Assembly (NCBI RefSeq): GCF_038025025.1
Contig: NW_027117341.1
Location: 62,001 to 126,000, forward strand
Reading direction: 5' to 3'
Source: Phyllosticta citribraziliensis
Lineage: Eukaryota
Length of the DNA: 64,000 nucleotides
Of the stretch, positions 61,196 to 64,000 are shown in pieces. Each line of letters starts with the position of its first letter. Position 1 is the stretch's first letter. A program made the position numbers and the translations under genes. The notes under the pieces are model-generated. The model did not search any database and had not been told where the DNA came from. It saw only the letters and a list, made by a program, of their open reading frames with translations.

Positions 61196-62663
61196 TCATC
61201 GGTGCACGCTAATCTCGAAATCCTGAGAATTTCTCAAGAAATCTGGCACGTTGTAGAATGGCGGATTGTGCTTAAACTCCGTTCCGTAGCGATACAGGCA
61301 GAAAGAAGTCCTAGGCACTCTGTCAGCTAACTGGCCAAACACTTCCCTTCCGCCGCAAAGGTTGCAAGACTCACCGCATCCTGCTCTGCTGACCCGACGT
61401 GAAGTGGACCTGACAGTCGTTCGGCGTTGAATCCATGTAGTTCAGGGTATCGGCTGGCTCCTGGAAACCTTCGCCGGCATAGCCGCACGTGTAGACAGCT
61501 CGGGGAGGACAGTCGTACATCGGCCAAGCGGACGGCGGCGTGTCCCATACCTGCGCAAAGTCCAGCGTTAGAATTGGAACGAGCCATGATAGGGAAGACT
61601 TTTTCGTACGTAGTCACCGCCTGACTCCTTGTTCGGATCACACTGGCGCAGAACGTCAGCAAGAGCGCGTACACTGGGACTTGAAAGACTCACCCCGTTG
61701 TGGTATTGATGGTACAAACCCATCCAGTGGCCAGCTTCGTGGACGATGGCGTTTAGGCCGACCTTGGGCATGAGCTCGCCCGTTGCGATGCGGTAGTCTA
61801 AGACGATCATGTCTTCTTTTTGCTGCTCTGGGGTGAGGGGCCATTGCGAGCCGTCGAAAGGCATTGATGTCATGCTGCTTAGTGTCAGCGAGAGAGAAGC
61901 GTAGCATTGCGGGTGTCGAGGGAAATGGGAGCTCCTGATGCTGCGGCTGGGTGGGCACAGGCACGAGCGTGCATTCTTTCCCGCCATCACCACAGGCAAA
62001 TCCAAGGAGCGCTTATCCTTTGGCGCAGGCGAAACCGGCAAGCCGCCATTCCTGTTGACACCCACCATGGAGGTACGTTTTCTGCCTTACCCGTGTAATT
62101 TCATTCCCGGGCGTCCACCCCAATGCGAAGCGCGCAGTGTCTTGACAAAGTATACATTCAGAGATTGGAAGCCGCCCACGCGCGTGTCTTCAACCATCTG
62201 GAGGTGATCAACATGGTCGGCAAGGTACGGGTCGTCTCGGTAGTTGATATTCTGTAGAGCGAAGAAAACCGGGACGTTGGATTGAAGAAACGACTGCTCC
62301 AGGTGCTCAATGGCATTCGCAACTTGCTCGTACTGCAAAGGCTCAGCGTCAGCCGAAAGTCTAGCAAAGGGGTTCGGGGATTCTTGCCGTGATGTAGTCG
62401 CCGAAAAAATGTGCGTACACGGGCACAACGAAGTACTGCGGACAGAGGTGGGTGTAGAAATTGTCGCGGCCTTCGAGTTTGCGATTCGTGTAGTTGGCGC
62501 GGAAGCGGTTGATGTCAAGAGCTCCATTTTCAGTCTCGTACTGCTTGATCTGGCCGGTGCCACGCGTGTTGCCGCATTCGAGAAAGCCTTGCCCGAGGTA
62601 CGCAGTCGTGAGGTGCGAGAATACCGTGGCGAGCAAGGCGACGATGAGAAGGGCGAAGCGCAT
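61196..62663 (-). CDS. Secreted M43 metalloprotease, copy 4 (divergent)
   Basis: Signal peptide, LECGN, RVGGFQSLNVY, HEAGHWMGLYHQY, CDP..ESGGDY|VWDTPP, NYMDS, FTSGQQSRM. First intron is GC-AG (62333-62387); second is 61875-62090. Confidence 0.85.
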
Positions 62664-62929
62664 TTTGGTGAGCGCGATTGACGAAATGGCGTCGAGCTGA
62701 TGTTTCCAGCACGATTTCGAGGGTCGACGTGTGCATGGTACGTGGTGATGGCGGAGAGTGTGGTGGCAGCAGAACGAGAATTATCTCGGCGGCACTCGTC
62801 GACAGACGAAATTAACACTCCCCTCCCAGCGATGTTTGAGCTCGCAGCTCAACCTCGCCCTTTCCCCTCTTTCCTCTCCTACCTCCATTTTCTCACCCGT
62901 CACTACTCACCTGATCCTCAATCTCTCTC

Positions 62930-63475
62930 ATGATGGCGTCCAAAGCGCCTGGCCCTTTTGACAAACCAGTCAACGACACCCAGCCAGGATTCGACGACAA
63001 GGTAGCCATACAAGCACTGGTGGAAGAATAAGTTCATTGACAGCGCTTTTCCTCCCAGACTCCCGAAACCAACAACGACGAAAAGCTCCAAATGAATGAG
63101 CGCACTGGAGCGGAGCTCAAGGTAAGACGTTCTCTTGGTAGCTTTGGAACAAGGCTCACAATTTGGCGGACACAGGATTCGGAAGCGGAGCTGGCCGGCC
63201 AGTCCACGACGCCCGCCGTTGCGAAGGAAGTCCCAAGCTTCATCTCGGAGGAACTCTCAGAAATCAACAAGCGCATCAAGATATGCAAGGCGACCCTTGC
63301 CGCGAGAGACGCGCTCAAGTGGTCCTTGTGGGAGCTGTCGGAGGAGTTTGACGAAGATGCCTCTACTCCGGGTCTTTACACCGCTATGGCTAGGTTGGAT
63401 CACATCAAGACGTGGATTGCCCAGCTCAACGCTGAGAAGGCTGAGCTGAAGAAGATGCTCGAAGAAGAAGACTAG
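62930..63475 (+). CDS. Hypothetical small coiled-coil protein (3 exons)
   Basis: ATG after a CT-rich leader; phase-0 introns 63002-63058 and 63122-63175; helical C-terminus. Confidence 0.6.
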
Positions 63476-63898
63476 CCCAAGTTGCGGTGTTCTTGAGCTC
63501 GGCGGCTGGGTAGTCTATAGAATCAGGTCACTGCAGAGCAGATGTAGGCGATGGGATTGATGCGGTAATCCCGACAGTACAACAGTTGAACACCATTTGC
63601 ATGTCTCAGCGCGTGTTTGGTGGCTCCCGCTCATTCTCTCATGGAAGGTATCCGTCATGGCCGGAGCAGTATCAAGGTTCACGCAGCACCAAAGAAGTCG
63701 GCAGATTCTTGGAATTACTCACTTCGACCAGAGGAGGGTCAGAACTTCTAGCCGTATCCGCAACTCAGCAAAGCTCCATCCTGTCTATCCACGTTCTCGT
63801 CTTCCCTCTTTCTCTGTTCAAGATGCCCGCAGAACATTCTGCTCTTGGCCATTTCCCATGCCGCCCTTTTTCGTGCGTACCGAGGAGCGTTCGCCCTG

Positions 63899-64000
63899 TC
63901 ATTCCTCGTCTTCCGGGTCCGGCTCCGCAACTGCGCTCGGGACGGGGTCTTCGGGCGTAGAAGGCGGCAGAGGCTTGTTGTGGCGCATCAACCAGTACAT
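63899..64000 (-). CDS. Possible 3' end of a gene entering from the right edge (...MYWLMRHNKPLPPSTPEDPVPSAVAEPDPEDEE*)
   Basis: Open frame from the window edge to TGA, with coding-like composition. Confidence 0.3.
   Translation of the reverse strand: MYWLMRHNKPLPPSTPEDPVPSAVAEPDPEDEE

Overview
Eukaryotic, intron-rich DNA from a filamentous ascomycete (GT-AG introns of ~45-110 nt with CTRAC-type branch sites; Dothideomycete-like by inference). About 28 protein-coding genes can be modelled by hand. I found no tRNA, rRNA, CRISPR array or recognisable transposon. Housekeeping genes: RRG7/DUF2034, MED21, a Zn2Cys6 factor, MCM3, PPT1, an MDR oxidoreductase, an amino-acid permease, an OM14-like gene and MIA40. 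Accessory or secreted genes: a proteinase-K-type subtilisin, a NACHT NLR-like gene with no repeat sensor, a ~9 kb island of orphan genes, four M43 metalloproteases, GH20, GH79 and a secreted Gly-rich protein. The top candidate for an undescribed system is a tail-to-tail pair of distant paralogs at 30.8-35.0 kb. One keeps a putative transglutaminase/papain-like Cys103-His150-Asp167 triad. The other has all three residues replaced (D/L/A) and carries an in-frame TAG before a further 235 sense codons, so the pair looks like an enzyme plus a pseudo-enzyme. Other notable observations are a hexapeptide-repeat ORF with synonymous variation, a 2-nt micro-exon, a GC-AG intron at a position where paralogs use GT, and a tandemly duplicated core promoter. 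All family calls come from motif recognition by eye; no database search was run.
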